The notes: generated from the sequence alone by a model not told the origin. Counted from the stretch's first letter, positions 45,995 through 55,602 are shown. The stretch: DNA of 64,000 nt from Acidimicrobiia bacterium (GCA_035253825.1 DATFBM010000033.1:12265-76264); one strand, 5' to 3'. A program made the numbers and translations.

Positions 45995-48427
45995 CTACCC
46001 GACGACGAGATTTACGACCTCGGGGGGACGGGACACGACCTTCTCCAGGCGACGATCGCCAACGTGCATCTTGACCTTAGGAGAGGCCAAAGCCAGCTCT
46101 TCGGCCTCAGCAGGTGTGATGTCGGCGGTCACTTGGAGTCGATCGCGAACCTTGCCATTCACTTGAACAATCATCGTCACCGTGTTCTCGGCCACCAGCG
46201 CCGGGTCCCATTCGGGCCATGGTTCCAGGGCCAGCATCGACTCATGCCCCGTCAACTCCCAGAGCTCATGAGTCAGATGCGGTGCCATGGGCGAGAGCAT
46301 CTTGAGGATGTGGCCGTAGACCTCGTCGAAGACCGATCGGGCCACCCCGCTGTCAGAGCGAAGCCCATCGACGAGGCGGTTGGTGAGACCCATCAACGCC
46401 GCCACGGCGGTGTTGAAGCGAAAGCGCTCGATGTCGTCGGTCACCTTTTTGACTGTGCGGTGGCTAGTCGCCAGTAACTCCTGATCCGCCGGGCCCGGCG
46501 CCCCCTCATTTACATGTCCGATTTCTCCCCGGCCGACGCGCCAGACGCGATCGAGGAAACGATGAGTGCCTTCGACCCCGTTGTCGTTCCAAATCGCATC
46601 GTCGGTGGGTGGGCCGATGAATAGCTCGAACAATCGAATCGCGTCCGCCCCATATCGGGTGTAGTACTCATCCGGGGCGACGACGTTGCCCTTTGACTTC
46701 GACATCTTGGCGCCGTCTTTGACAATCATGCCTTGGGTAAAGAGGGCCGAGAACGGTTCCTCGACGTCGACCATCCCCATGTCGTGGAGAACTTTGGTGA
46801 TGAACCGGGCATAGAGAAGATGCAGCACCGCGTGCTCGACTCCCCCGACATATTGATCGATCGGCATCCAATAGCGCACTTTGGCTGGATCAAAGATGGC
46901 ATCGGAGTTGTCGGCGTCGCAATAACGCAAGTAGTACCAGGAGGAGTCGACAAAAGTGTCCATGGTGTCGGTTTCGCGTTGGGCCGGCCCCCCGCAGACC
47001 GGGCATTCGACGTTTACGAACTCGGGTACCGCCGCCAGCGGCGACTCCCCCTGCGGGGAGTAGTTCTCGACGTCGGGGTGGACCACCGGGAGATCTTTCT
47101 CGGGAACAGCCACCAGCCCATCGGTGGGACACTTGATGATCGGTATCGGACATCCCCAGTAGCGCTGGCGCGAGATCAGCCAGTCGCGCAGGCGATATTG
47201 CACCTTCCCATAACCGATGCCGCGCTCTTCGAGCCAAGCGATGATCCGTTTTTTTGCCGCCGCCATGTCGAGACCATCGAGAAAGTCCGAGTTGATCGCC
47301 GGACCGTCGCCGGTGTACGCAGCTCCCTCGAAATCCGTCGGGGGTTGCACTGTCCGTACGATGTCGATTCCATAACGCTCGGCGAAGTCCCAGTCGCGCT
47401 GGTCCTGTCCCGGCACCGCCATGATCGCCCCAGTGCCGTAGGACATGAGGACGTAGTCGGCGATGTAAATGGGGACCCGGCGATTGTTGACCGGGTTGAT
47501 CGCATAGGCGCCAGTGAACACACCCGACTTGGCCCCCTCAGCCAGCCGCTCGATCTCACTCGACCGCCTCGCCGCGGCGATGTACTCACGGGCCTCAGTC
47601 TCGTATTTGCTCCCGGCGATTAGCTCTTCAACCAAAGGATGCTCGGGAGCCAGGACCGCAAATGTCATTCCAAAGACCGTGTCGGGCCGTGTGGTGAACA
47701 CCTCGAACGAATGCTCGGTATCTGCCACCTTGATGGCGAACTGGGCTCCCTCGGAGCGGCCAATCCAGTTGTGCTGCATAACCCGAACTCGATCGGGCCA
47801 ATGATCGAGCAGGGCCAGATCGTTGAGGAGACGTTCGGCGTAGTCGGTTATGCGAAAGAACCACTGCTCGAGGTCGCGTCTCTCCACGATCGTCCCACAG
47901 CGCTCGCACGCCCCGTCCACCACCTGCTCGTTAGCGAGCACCGTCTGGTCCTTCGGACACCAATTGACTGGCGCCAGTTTCTTGTAGGCGAGGCCCTGTT
48001 CGAAGAGTTTGAGAAAGAGCCACTGGTCCCAGCGGTAAAACTCGGGAGTATGTGAGGCGATCTCTCGATCCCAGTCGTAGACCGCCCCGAGGCGCTTCAG
48101 CTGCGCCTTCATCGTCTTGATCTTCTCTTCGGTGAAGATCCGTGGGTGAACTCCAGAGTCGATGGCCGCGTTCTCGGCTGGGAGCCCGAACGAATCCCAG
48201 CCCATCGGCGAGAGAACATTGAGGCCCCGCATGGTCTTGTAGCGGGTGATGAGGTCGACGTACGTGTAGTTACGGAGATGGCCCATGTGCATTTCCCCCG
48301 ACGGATAGGGGTACATCTGCACGTTGAAGAACTTGAGCCGATCGGGATCGGGCTTGACGTTGAAAATCCGCTCTTCGGCCCAACGCCTCTGCCACTTGGG
48401 CTCGATGGTGGCGAAGTCATAGGACAT
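45995..48427 (-). CDS. leuS: Leucine--tRNA ligase
   Basis: MSYDFATIEPKWQRRW, YPSGEMHMGHLRNY (HIGH) and KMSKSKGN (KMSKS). Confidence 0.95.
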   Translation of the reverse strand: MSYDFATIEPKWQRRWAEERIFNVKPDPDRLKFFNVQMYPYPSGEMHMGHLRNYTYVDLITRYKTMRGLNVLSPMGWDSFGLPAENAAIDSGVHPRIFTEEKIKTMKAQLKRLGAVYDWDREIASHTPEFYRWDQWLFLKLFEQGLAYKKLAPVNWCPKDQTVLANEQVVDGACERCGTIVERRDLEQWFFRITDYAERLLNDLALLDHWPDRVRVMQHNWIGRSEGAQFAIKVADTEHSFEVFTTRPDTVFGMTFAVLAPEHPLVEELIAGSKYETEAREYIAAARRSSEIERLAEGAKSGVFTGAYAINPVNNRRVPIYIADYVLMSYGTGAIMAVPGQDQRDWDFAERYGIDIVRTVQPPTDFEGAAYTGDGPAINSDFLDGLDMAAAKKRIIAWLEERGIGYGKVQYRLRDWLISRQRYWGCPIPIIKCPTDGLVAVPEKDLPVVHPDVENYSPQGESPLAAVPEFVNVECPVCGGPAQRETDTMDTFVDSSWYYLRYCDADNSDAIFDPAKVRYWMPIDQYVGGVEHAVLHLLYARFITKVLHDMGMVDVEEPFSALFTQGMIVKDGAKMSKSKGNVVAPDEYYTRYGADAIRLFELFIGPPTDDAIWNDNGVEGTHRFLDRVWRVGRGEIGHVNEGAPGPADQELLATSHRTVKKVTDDIERFRFNTAVAALMGLTNRLVDGLRSDSGVARSVFDEVYGHILKMLSPMAPHLTHELWELTGHESMLALEPWPEWDPALVAENTVTMIVQVNGKVRDRLQVTADITPAEAEELALASPKVKMHVGDRRLEKVVSRPPEVVNLVVG

Positions 48428-48463
48428 TGGAGATTCGAGGCTAGCGGTGCCCCCTCCCTGCAA

Positions 48464-48506
48464 CTGTGAGGATTTACGCGGCCTCAGGCCGCGTAAATCC
48501 TCACAG
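48464..48506. terminator. Perfect 20-bp-stem hairpin; likely an I-shaped (no U-tract) terminator of the channel gene upstream of leuS
   Basis: CTGTGAGGATTTACGCGGCC-TCA-GGCCGCGTAAATCCTCACAG lies 9 nt after the stop of 48515..49612 (minus strand). No T-run on either side. Confidence 0.6.
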
Positions 48507-48514
48507 AATGGGGT

Positions 48515-49612
48515 CTAGGAGGCGGCTTGCTGCTCCTCTTCGGAGAGGGATGAGAGCTTCTCGAGATCTTCGGCGATCACCACGACTTCATCGCCTGGCG
48601 CCAACAAGATTCCTGGGCCGGGATTGGTCATGATGTTGGTGTCGCGCGCCAGCGCCAGGAGGGTGGCGTCGTTTTCTTGCTTCAGGTGCTGGGAGGCATC
48701 GAGCACCGACATGCCGATCATGCGGGCGGGCACCCGAATTCGATAGAGCTCTGATCCATGACCGCCCGAGACCATATCTGTCACGAGGTCACCCAAACCC
48801 GGATAAAGGGCGGTGCGGGCGAGCAGACGCGAGGCGAGCTTTGAGGTCACCAACACCTCATCGACGTCGGCCCGCTTGAAATGGGAAACATGCTTGGGGT
48901 TGTTCACCTCCACCACGGTCCTTACCTCGGGGGCGAGCGCTTCGATCGCCAGCACGGTCAAAATCGAGTGCATGTCGGCATCGTCGGTTCCGTCCCGGGG
49001 ACAAATGATCGCCGCTCGAGCGCAGTCGATTCCGGCTCGTTTGAGGTCGTCTTCGTTGGAGCCATCGCCGCGGACAAAGTAGACCCCGTCCCCGGCCGGG
49101 TTGCGTTCGGCCGGGTCCACCACGACCACCCTGACGGCGTAGTCATCGGAACGAAGCTCGTCGATGAGCTCCCGCGCCGTCGAGTTCCACCCACAGACCA
49201 CCACATGGTCGTTGAATCCCGCCGATCCCATGCCTTGACCCTCCTTGAGTAGCAGATCAATTACGAACCCCACCAACGCACCTGTGATGGTGGCGACGAT
49301 GGCCACCCCAAACAGATTCAGCATCCATGACGTGATCCAGCCCCAGGGACCGGATACAAAGTCCGATTGGCCCTGGCCCATCACGGTGGTAACCGCCCAA
49401 TAGAAAGAGGCAAAGTATCGACGCGGAGTGACCTCGGTGATCTCGTTCTCGGTCAGGGTCACCACGGCAGCAGCCAGAGCGAGGATCACAACCAAGCCGA
49501 GAATCATCTTCCGGGTGACCTTTCCCTCGAATTGACGGGTGACCCGTCGCACGTGCCAGGCGATCCGACGGAAGAAGGGGACCCCGAAGAAGCTGAGGAG
49601 ACGCCGGCGCAT
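48515..49612 (-). CDS. Two-TM pore-loop cation channel with a cytoplasmic RCK/TrkA-N domain and a non-canonical selectivity filter
   Basis: Pore region FYWAVTTVMGQGQSDF followed by an RCK fold (HVVVCGWNSTARELIDEL...RAGI). Confidence 0.75.
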   Translation of the reverse strand: MRRRLLSFFGVPFFRRIAWHVRRVTRQFEGKVTRKMILGLVVILALAAAVVTLTENEITEVTPRRYFASFYWAVTTVMGQGQSDFVSGPWGWITSWMLNLFGVAIVATITGALVGFVIDLLLKEGQGMGSAGFNDHVVVCGWNSTARELIDELRSDDYAVRVVVVDPAERNPAGDGVYFVRGDGSNEDDLKRAGIDCARAAIICPRDGTDDADMHSILTVLAIEALAPEVRTVVEVNNPKHVSHFKRADVDEVLVTSKLASRLLARTALYPGLGDLVTDMVSGGHGSELYRIRVPARMIGMSVLDASQHLKQENDATLLALARDTNIMTNPGPGILLAPGDEVVVIAEDLEKLSSLSEEEQQAAS

Positions 49613-49670
49613 TTGGCCGGCAGCCTACCGATACCTATTTTGCCGACGACGGCTGAGGAGCCAACACAAC

Positions 49671-50435
49671 ATCGACGGCAACAAGATTCGGGTTTGTATC
49701 GCTGGTATCACCGGTTGGGTTGGCCGTCCGTTGGCCGAGGCGGTAGCGGCCGCTTCCGACCTCGAACTGGTCAGCGGAGTGGCTCGATCGGACCCCGCCC
49801 ATTTTCCTTCGGTTGAGGCTGCGCTCGACTCATCGCCGACCGATGTCCTCATCGACTACACGTCGGCGGTGGCAGTGAAGGCCGACATCCTCGCCGCCAT
49901 CGCCCGTGGGGTAAATGTCGTTGTCGGTTCCAGCGGAATGTCTGCCGACGACTACGACGAAATCGACGCCAAGGCCCGGGAAAGAGGGTTGGGGGTGATT
50001 GCGGCCGGCAATTTCTCGATCACGGCCGCTCTGCTCCTCCGCTTTGCCAGCGAAGCGGCCCGCCATGTCGGATCCTGGGAAGTCATCGACTATGCGAGCC
50101 TCTCTAAACCCGACTCTCCGAGCGGAACCGCCCGCGAACTAGCCGAACGCCTCAGCGCGGTTCGCACGCCAGCCACCGGTGTCCCCCTCGACCAGATGCT
50201 GGGCAAGAAGGAATCCCGCGGCGCCGAGTTCGATGGCACCCGTGTCCACTCGTTGCGGCTGCCAAGCTTCTCGGTCTCGACCGAGGCGATCTTCGGCGCC
50301 GAAGACGAGCGGCTTTCGATCCGCCACGACGCCGGGGCCTCGGCCGCCCCCTACATCGCCGGCACCCTCCTGGCGACCCGCGCCGTGGTCGGCCGCCGCG
50401 GTCTCACCCGCGGTCTCGACCAACTGCTTTTTTAG
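49671..50435 (+). CDS. Dihydrodipicolinate reductase (DapB)-like oxidoreductase paralogue; start codon uncertain
   Basis: KIRVCIAGITGWVG Rossmann motif, VVGSSG, AAGNFS, KPDSPSGTA and a C-terminal RGLDQLL. The frame is open back to ATG 49539, but the homology starts at ~49683. Confidence 0.65.
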   Translation: MDGNKIRVCIAGITGWVGRPLAEAVAAASDLELVSGVARSDPAHFPSVEAALDSSPTDVLIDYTSAVAVKADILAAIARGVNVVVGSSGMSADDYDEIDAKARERGLGVIAAGNFSITAALLLRFASEAARHVGSWEVIDYASLSKPDSPSGTARELAERLSAVRTPATGVPLDQMLGKKESRGAEFDGTRVHSLRLPSFSVSTEAIFGAEDERLSIRHDAGASAAPYIAGTLLATRAVVGRRGLTRGLDQLLF

Positions 50436-50495
50436 ACATCAGATTTCAGATGTCGGATTTCAGATTCGGAATCTGATGCCTGGCGTCTGATGTCT
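50434..50495. terminator. AT-richer nested inverted/direct repeat block between convergent genes (probable bidirectional terminator)
   Basis: Outer 10-bp inverted repeat AGACATCAGA / TCTGATGTCT (50434..50443 and 50486..50495). Inner hairpin CAGATT-CGG-AATCTG (50461..50475). Direct repeat GATTTCAGAT at 50442 and 50456. Confidence 0.5.
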
Positions 50496-50496
50496 G

Positions 50497-53400
50497 CTAC
50501 ATGTTCCGTCGATACTGCCCGCCCACCTCGTAAAGGGCGGAACTGATCTGGCTCAGGGTGGCGACCTTGGTGGTTTCCATCAGGATCTCGAAAAGGTTCC
50601 CTCCCGCCAGCGCCGCTTCCTGGAGTTCTCCCAACGCCTTCGGCGCTTCCACCTCGTAGTGCGCTTGCACAGCCCGAACATTCTGGATCAACCGATCTTT
50701 GTCGGCGTCGGTGGAACGGACCAGCTTGTCCGGCACGACGAAAGGCGAGCCCTCCGCTGAGAGAAAGGTGTTGACGCCGACGATCGGATATTCACCTGAC
50801 TCCTTCAACTTCTCGTAGTAGAGCGACTCCTCCTGGATCTTGGCCCGCTGGTACTGGCGTTCCATCGCTCCCAGGACTCCCCCCCGTGATGAGATGCGGT
50901 CGAATTCGTCAAGCACCGCCTCCTCGACCAGATCGGTCAGATACTCGATGATGAAGGATCCCTGGAGCGGGTTCTCGTTCTTGGCCAGACCAAGTTCTCG
51001 ATTGATGATCAGCTGAATCGCCAGCGCCCGGCGGACCGAGTCCTCGGTGGGAGTGGTGATTGCCTCGTCAAAAGCGTTGGTATGGAGGCTGTTGGCGTTG
51101 TCATAGATGGCGTAGAGGGCTTGGAGAGTGGTGCGGATGTCGTTGAATCCGATCTCTTGGGCATGGAGGGACCGACCCGAGGTTTGAGCGTGGTACTTCA
51201 GCATCTGGCTGCGCTCATTCCCGCCGTACTTCTCCTTGATCGCCTTCGCCCAGATCCGCCGCGCCACGCGGCCGATGACCGCGTACTCGGGGTCGATCCC
51301 ATTGGAGAAGAAGAAGGAGAGGTTGGGAGCGAAGTCGTCGATCTTCATCCCCCGTGAGAGGTAGTACTCGACGTAGGTAAAGCCATTGGCGAGCGTGAAG
51401 GCGAGCTGGGTGATCGGGTTGGCGCCAGCTTCTGCCATGTGATAGCCCGAAATCGAGACCGAGTAGAAATTGTCCACCGAGTTGTCTACGAAGTACTGCT
51501 GGATGTCCCCCATCATCCGCAGGGAGAACTCCGTCGAGAAGATGCAGGTGTTCTGCGCTTGATCCTCTTTGAGGATGTCGGCTTGGACCGTTCCCCGGAC
51601 GCGCGTGAGAGTCTCGGCTTTGATTCGTTGGTAGACGTCCTCGGGCAGGACCTGATCGCCGGTGATACCCAGCAGCAACAGTCCAAGCCCGTCGTTTCCG
51701 GGCGGGAGGTCCCCTTGGTACTGAGGCTGATCCTGATTCGGATAAAGTTCAGCCAACCGCTCCCTGACCTTGTCCTCGAGTCCCTCGGCCTTGATGTGCT
51801 TTTCGCAGGCCTGGTCGATGGCAGCATTCAGAAAGAAGCCCAGAATTATCGGAGCAGGCCCGTTGATGGTCATCGAGACCGAGGTCGTGGGATCGGATAG
51901 ATCAAACCCGGAATAGAGCTTCTTGGCGTCGTCGAGAGTTGCCATCGACACTCCCGAATTGCCCACCTTGCCGTAGATGTCGGGGCGCTCGTGAGGATCC
52001 TCGCCATAAAGGGTTACCGAGTCGAAGGCGGTCGAGAGCCGTTTGGCCGGCATGCCCTGGGCGAGATAGTGAAAGCGGCGATTGGTCTGCTCGGCGGGTC
52101 CCTCGCCGGCAAACATGCGGGTAGGATCTTCGGCCGTCCGTTTGAAGGGATAGATCCCGGCGGTATAGGGAAAGCTGCCCGGAAGGTTCTCCTGTAGCAG
52201 CCATGCCAATCGGTCTCCCCACCCCCGCATCCGCGGAACTGCCACTTTGGGGATGCGGGAATGGGCGAGGGATTCGGAGCTAATCGGGACCGAAACCTCC
52301 CTTCCCCTGACCAGGAACACATAGTTCTCCTGGCCGTAGGCACCCATCCGCTGCTCCCAGCCTTCGAGCCGGGCCAGATTGTCGGGGGCCAGCCGGGAAT
52401 GCGCCTCCTCGAGTTGCTGCTGATCGCCCCCGGCGAGCAAGCGGTAGTAGTCCTCCGCCGCCGCGGCCTGCTCATCGGCCCAGCGGTCGTACCCACGAAT
52501 GGTTTCCGTCACCTCCGCCAGATACCGAACCCGTCCCGGCGGAACTACGGCCTGCTTCTCGACCGGGTCGAGAACCAGCTTCAACGAAGAATTGAGCTCC
52601 AATCCGGTCTTCTCGTTCAACGCCTCGAGAAACGATTGATAGAAGCGATTGGTACCCGGATCGTTGAAGTCCGAGGCGATGGTCGGGTACACCGGAAGGT
52701 CGTCGTCCGGTCCCTCGAACCGCACACGATTCCGTCGATACTGCTTCCGAACCTCCCGCAGGGCATCGTCGGCGCCTTGCTTATCCGACTTGTTGAGTGC
52801 GACTAGATCGGCGAAATCGAGCATGTCGATTTTCTCGAGCTGCGATGCGGCCCCGTACTCGGGCGTCATCACGTACAACGTCAGGTCAGCCACATCCACG
52901 ATCTCGGTGTCGGACTGGCCGATTCCCGAGGTTTCGAGAATCACGAGGTCGTATCCCGCCACCGAGACCGCGTTCACCGCCGCGCCTACCGCCGGTGAGA
53001 GAGCGAGATTGGGTTGACGGGTGGCCATCGAACGCATAAAGGCGCGGCGATGTGGGATCGAGTTCATTCGTATGCGGTCGCCAAGCAGGGCCCCGCCCGT
53101 TCGCCGCTTCGAGGGATCGACCGAGATCACTGCCACCCGGCGCTCGGGGAAATCGAGTAGAAGGCGCCGCATTAGCTCGTCCACCAGCGAGGACTTGCCC
53201 GATCCCCCGGTGCCCGTGACCCCGACCACGGGAACTTTGAGCGCAGCGGCCTGGGAGGCCAGGTCGTCAAAGAGATCCTGGTATTTCTCCGGCCAGTTCT
53301 CGGCTGCCGAGATCAGCCGACCGAGCGTCCCGCGGTCCGCCTTGGCGACGTCGATCGCCTCGTCGAGCTCCCCGGTCGGGTAGTCGGCTTGGGCGAGCAT

Positions 53401-53811
53401 GTCGTTCACCATTCCTTGCAGACCTAGCTCCCTCCCATCGTCTGGGGAATAGATCCGAGTGATGCCATAGGCCATCAACTCGGCGCCCTCGGCGGGAAGA
53501 ATCGTCCCCCCGCCACCGCCGAAGACCCGGATCTCGGGGCGATCCGCCTCGATCAGCAGATCGCGGATGTACCGGAAGAACTCCATGTGCCCGCCCTGAT
53601 ACGAGGTGACGGCGATCGCCTGGGCGTCTTCCTCTACCGCCGTATCGACGATGTCGGTCCCGGTCCGGTTGTGGCCGAGATGGATCACCTCGGCTCCCGA
53701 CGCTTGCAACATCCGACGGAACACGTTGATGGAGGCGTCGTGACCGTCGAAAAGCGTTGTCGCAGTGACAAACCGAACCTTGTTGACGGGCTCGTAAATC
53801 GCGACGGCCAT
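50497..53811 (-). CDS. icmF: Fused isobutyryl-CoA mutase (B12-binding domain + MeaB-like G-protein chaperone + mutase catalytic domain)
   Basis: 1104 aa. N-terminal B12 domain ([13 protein letters not shown]), P-loop [14 protein letters not shown], and a C-terminal acyl-CoA mutase barrel. Confidence 0.88.
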   Translation of the reverse strand: MAVAIYEPVNKVRFVTATTLFDGHDASINVFRRMLQASGAEVIHLGHNRTGTDIVDTAVEEDAQAIAVTSYQGGHMEFFRYIRDLLIEADRPEIRVFGGGGGTILPAEGAELMAYGITRIYSPDDGRELGLQGMVNDMLAQADYPTGELDEAIDVAKADRGTLGRLISAAENWPEKYQDLFDDLASQAAALKVPVVGVTGTGGSGKSSLVDELMRRLLLDFPERRVAVISVDPSKRRTGGALLGDRIRMNSIPHRRAFMRSMATRQPNLALSPAVGAAVNAVSVAGYDLVILETSGIGQSDTEIVDVADLTLYVMTPEYGAASQLEKIDMLDFADLVALNKSDKQGADDALREVRKQYRRNRVRFEGPDDDLPVYPTIASDFNDPGTNRFYQSFLEALNEKTGLELNSSLKLVLDPVEKQAVVPPGRVRYLAEVTETIRGYDRWADEQAAAAEDYYRLLAGGDQQQLEEAHSRLAPDNLARLEGWEQRMGAYGQENYVFLVRGREVSVPISSESLAHSRIPKVAVPRMRGWGDRLAWLLQENLPGSFPYTAGIYPFKRTAEDPTRMFAGEGPAEQTNRRFHYLAQGMPAKRLSTAFDSVTLYGEDPHERPDIYGKVGNSGVSMATLDDAKKLYSGFDLSDPTTSVSMTINGPAPIILGFFLNAAIDQACEKHIKAEGLEDKVRERLAELYPNQDQPQYQGDLPPGNDGLGLLLLGITGDQVLPEDVYQRIKAETLTRVRGTVQADILKEDQAQNTCIFSTEFSLRMMGDIQQYFVDNSVDNFYSVSISGYHMAEAGANPITQLAFTLANGFTYVEYYLSRGMKIDDFAPNLSFFFSNGIDPEYAVIGRVARRIWAKAIKEKYGGNERSQMLKYHAQTSGRSLHAQEIGFNDIRTTLQALYAIYDNANSLHTNAFDEAITTPTEDSVRRALAIQLIINRELGLAKNENPLQGSFIIEYLTDLVEEAVLDEFDRISSRGGVLGAMERQYQRAKIQEESLYYEKLKESGEYPIVGVNTFLSAEGSPFVVPDKLVRSTDADKDRLIQNVRAVQAHYEVEAPKALGELQEAALAGGNLFEILMETTKVATLSQISSALYEVGGQYRRNM

Positions 53812-53890
53812 TCGGGACCAAACTAGCCCGGTACGGGAGCGAAAACCCCGGTCCGGTAAAGGAACCCCGACGCGTTACGCTGGTTGAGAC

Positions 53891-54190
53891 ATGGCGACAG
53901 CAACGAAATTGCAGGTGTGGATCGATCAGGACTTGTGCACCGGCGACGGGATCTGTGAGGAGATCACCCCTGACGTCTTTGTCGCCCGCGACGATGGCCT
54001 CTGGGTAGTGAAAGAAGAGGCCAAGCACTTCGGCAAAACCGTTGTCTTTGACGGGTTGGACGGCGACGGCCACGGGCCGGACGGTTCCCGCGGCGTGGCG
54101 CGGATTCCCGATCATCTGATCCAGGACGCACTCGAGTCGGCTGAGGAATGCCCGGGCGAGTGCATCATGATCGAGCCAATCGCCAAGTAG
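53891..54190 (+). CDS. Ferredoxin (single-cluster actinobacterial type)
   Basis: IDQDLCTGDGICEEITPDVF...AEECPGECI. Confidence 0.85.
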   Translation: MATATKLQVWIDQDLCTGDGICEEITPDVFVARDDGLWVVKEEAKHFGKTVVFDGLDGDGHGPDGSRGVARIPDHLIQDALESAEECPGECIMIEPIAK

Positions 54191-54197
54191 CCCCCGG

Positions 54198-54251
54198 CTG
54201 CGAACCCAGGGTTGGCAGGGCGCCTGTACCTATCTAGCAGCCCACAAAATG
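54198..54251 (+). repeat. Copy A of the ~55-nt intergenic repeat
   Basis: ctgcgaacccagggttggcagggcgcctgtacctatctagcagcccacaaaatg. It starts 8 nt after the ferredoxin stop and ends 7 nt before the stop of the convergent gene. Confidence 0.7.
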
Positions 54252-54258
54252 CCCTTGC

Positions 54259-55602
54259 CTACCCCGTCGGCTCGGAGCTTCGCAGCCAGACCCGGATGGA
54301 GCGGGGGCTCATCGCCTCGTCAATGGTCGAAACCAGCTCGGTGGCGACTGACTCCAATGAAGTCTCGGTTCCCAGCCGACGACTGATACCTTCCATGATC
54401 AATGCGGCGTCGTAGCGCCCTCGATCGAAGGCCCGATCGATTACCCCTTGCGCCCAGCGTCGGGCGGGCCCAAACATCAATGTGATCACGACGGTGGAGC
54501 CGACCAGTGCCAGATCCGACGCCACCACCTCACCGAGCAGCAGGCCCAATGCCCGGCTGGAGAGGAACACTGCCGCCAAACCCATGCCCACCAACAACGC
54601 CGTGAGCAGGGCGTAAACCAGAGCGCGATTGATCAAAAAGCGAACGTCGAAGAGCTGGCGCCGCATCACCGACCAACCAATAGACAGGGGGAGGAAGACC
54701 ACCGCCGCCCCGAGGAGAATCAGCAGGATGACTTCGTAAAACGCCACCAGCTCCGGTGTCACCACACCGAGATCGAGAATTCCCTCCCCGAGATCAGGAT
54801 CGAGGACAACCAGAAGCGTGAAGACGGCAGCCCCGAGAAACACCGAGCCCAGCACCAGTCGGGTCTGCCAGCGTTCTTCTTTGGTTGAGACCCTTGCGTA
54901 TCGGTAGATCTGGGCTGCGACCCCAGCCAGGGGCAGACCCCACACCCACAGCACCTGGACGCCGGCCGGATATGTGGTGATCGCGAAGACGGCCGGAAAA
55001 ACAGCCCAAAAAGCCGCGAAGGCAACCATGAAGAGCAGGAGCCAGCGACTGAACTTCGGCACGAATCGACCGTCGGGGAGCAAGAGCAGCGCCGCCAACG
55101 ATGAGATGCCGGCGAGCGACCGTCCGAAATGGGGCCACGGGGAGGCAGCTTGACCAATCAACGCCACGGCCGGAACTAGCTCGGGACGGCGGGCCCGGAT
55201 TAGTGCCATCGGAAGAAGCAACGCCGATCCCAGGCTGAGCAACATCAGGGAGGTGACGAAGGCACCACGATCTTTGGGCTTGAGCACGTAGATCACAAGC
55301 CCCGTAAGGGCAAAGAGCGACCAGCCAACTAGCTGACCGATGGCGAACCAGCGGGCAAGGGCGACCTGTGAGATGCCGGCCCGAATAAGAGTCCTCGCCA
55401 CCTCCTGCGAGATTCCGAACAGGCCCTCTCCGAACACCAGGCCCGCTCGTGCCTGTCGAAGCAGCAGCTGAAATCCGACCACGGCCAAAATCAGGCAAAG
55501 CGCAAAGACCGTGCCCCATACGGCGACGTTGGCGACCCAGCCTGCGGACGCGAGGAATCGCCGGCGCAGCGGCTCTGGTCGTTCGGTCGCAGCTTCAAAC
55601 AT
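54259..55602 (-). CDS. Polytopic membrane protein resembling the N-terminal sensor module of a histidine kinase, with no kinase core
   Basis: About 10 TM helices. It ends in RYDAALIMEGISRRLGTETSLESVATELVSTIDEAMSPRSIRVWL, the start of a GAF-like linker, then stops. Confidence 0.55.
   Translation of the reverse strand: MFEAATERPEPLRRRFLASAGWVANVAVWGTVFALCLILAVVGFQLLLRQARAGLVFGEGLFGISQEVARTLIRAGISQVALARWFAIGQLVGWSLFALTGLVIYVLKPKDRGAFVTSLMLLSLGSALLLPMALIRARRPELVPAVALIGQAASPWPHFGRSLAGISSLAALLLLPDGRFVPKFSRWLLLFMVAFAAFWAVFPAVFAITTYPAGVQVLWVWGLPLAGVAAQIYRYARVSTKEERWQTRLVLGSVFLGAAVFTLLVVLDPDLGEGILDLGVVTPELVAFYEVILLILLGAAVVFLPLSIGWSVMRRQLFDVRFLINRALVYALLTALLVGMGLAAVFLSSRALGLLLGEVVASDLALVGSTVVITLMFGPARRWAQGVIDRAFDRGRYDAALIMEGISRRLGTETSLESVATELVSTIDEAMSPRSIRVWLRSSEPTG

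Noticed and set aside
49621-49650. Possible third, degenerate copy of the 55-nt repeat (ttggccggcagcctaccgatacctattttgcc)
   Set aside because: Only short patches (TTGGC, TACCTAT) match. The hairpin half is absent. The similarity is within what chance could give in a divergent promoter region.
50434-50495. Possible XerCD dif site in the AT-rich convergent spacer
   Set aside because: The imperfect palindrome GACATC-N8-GATGTC lacks the ATAA...TTATG core and the 11-6-11 architecture that I associate with dif. A terminator explanation is simpler.
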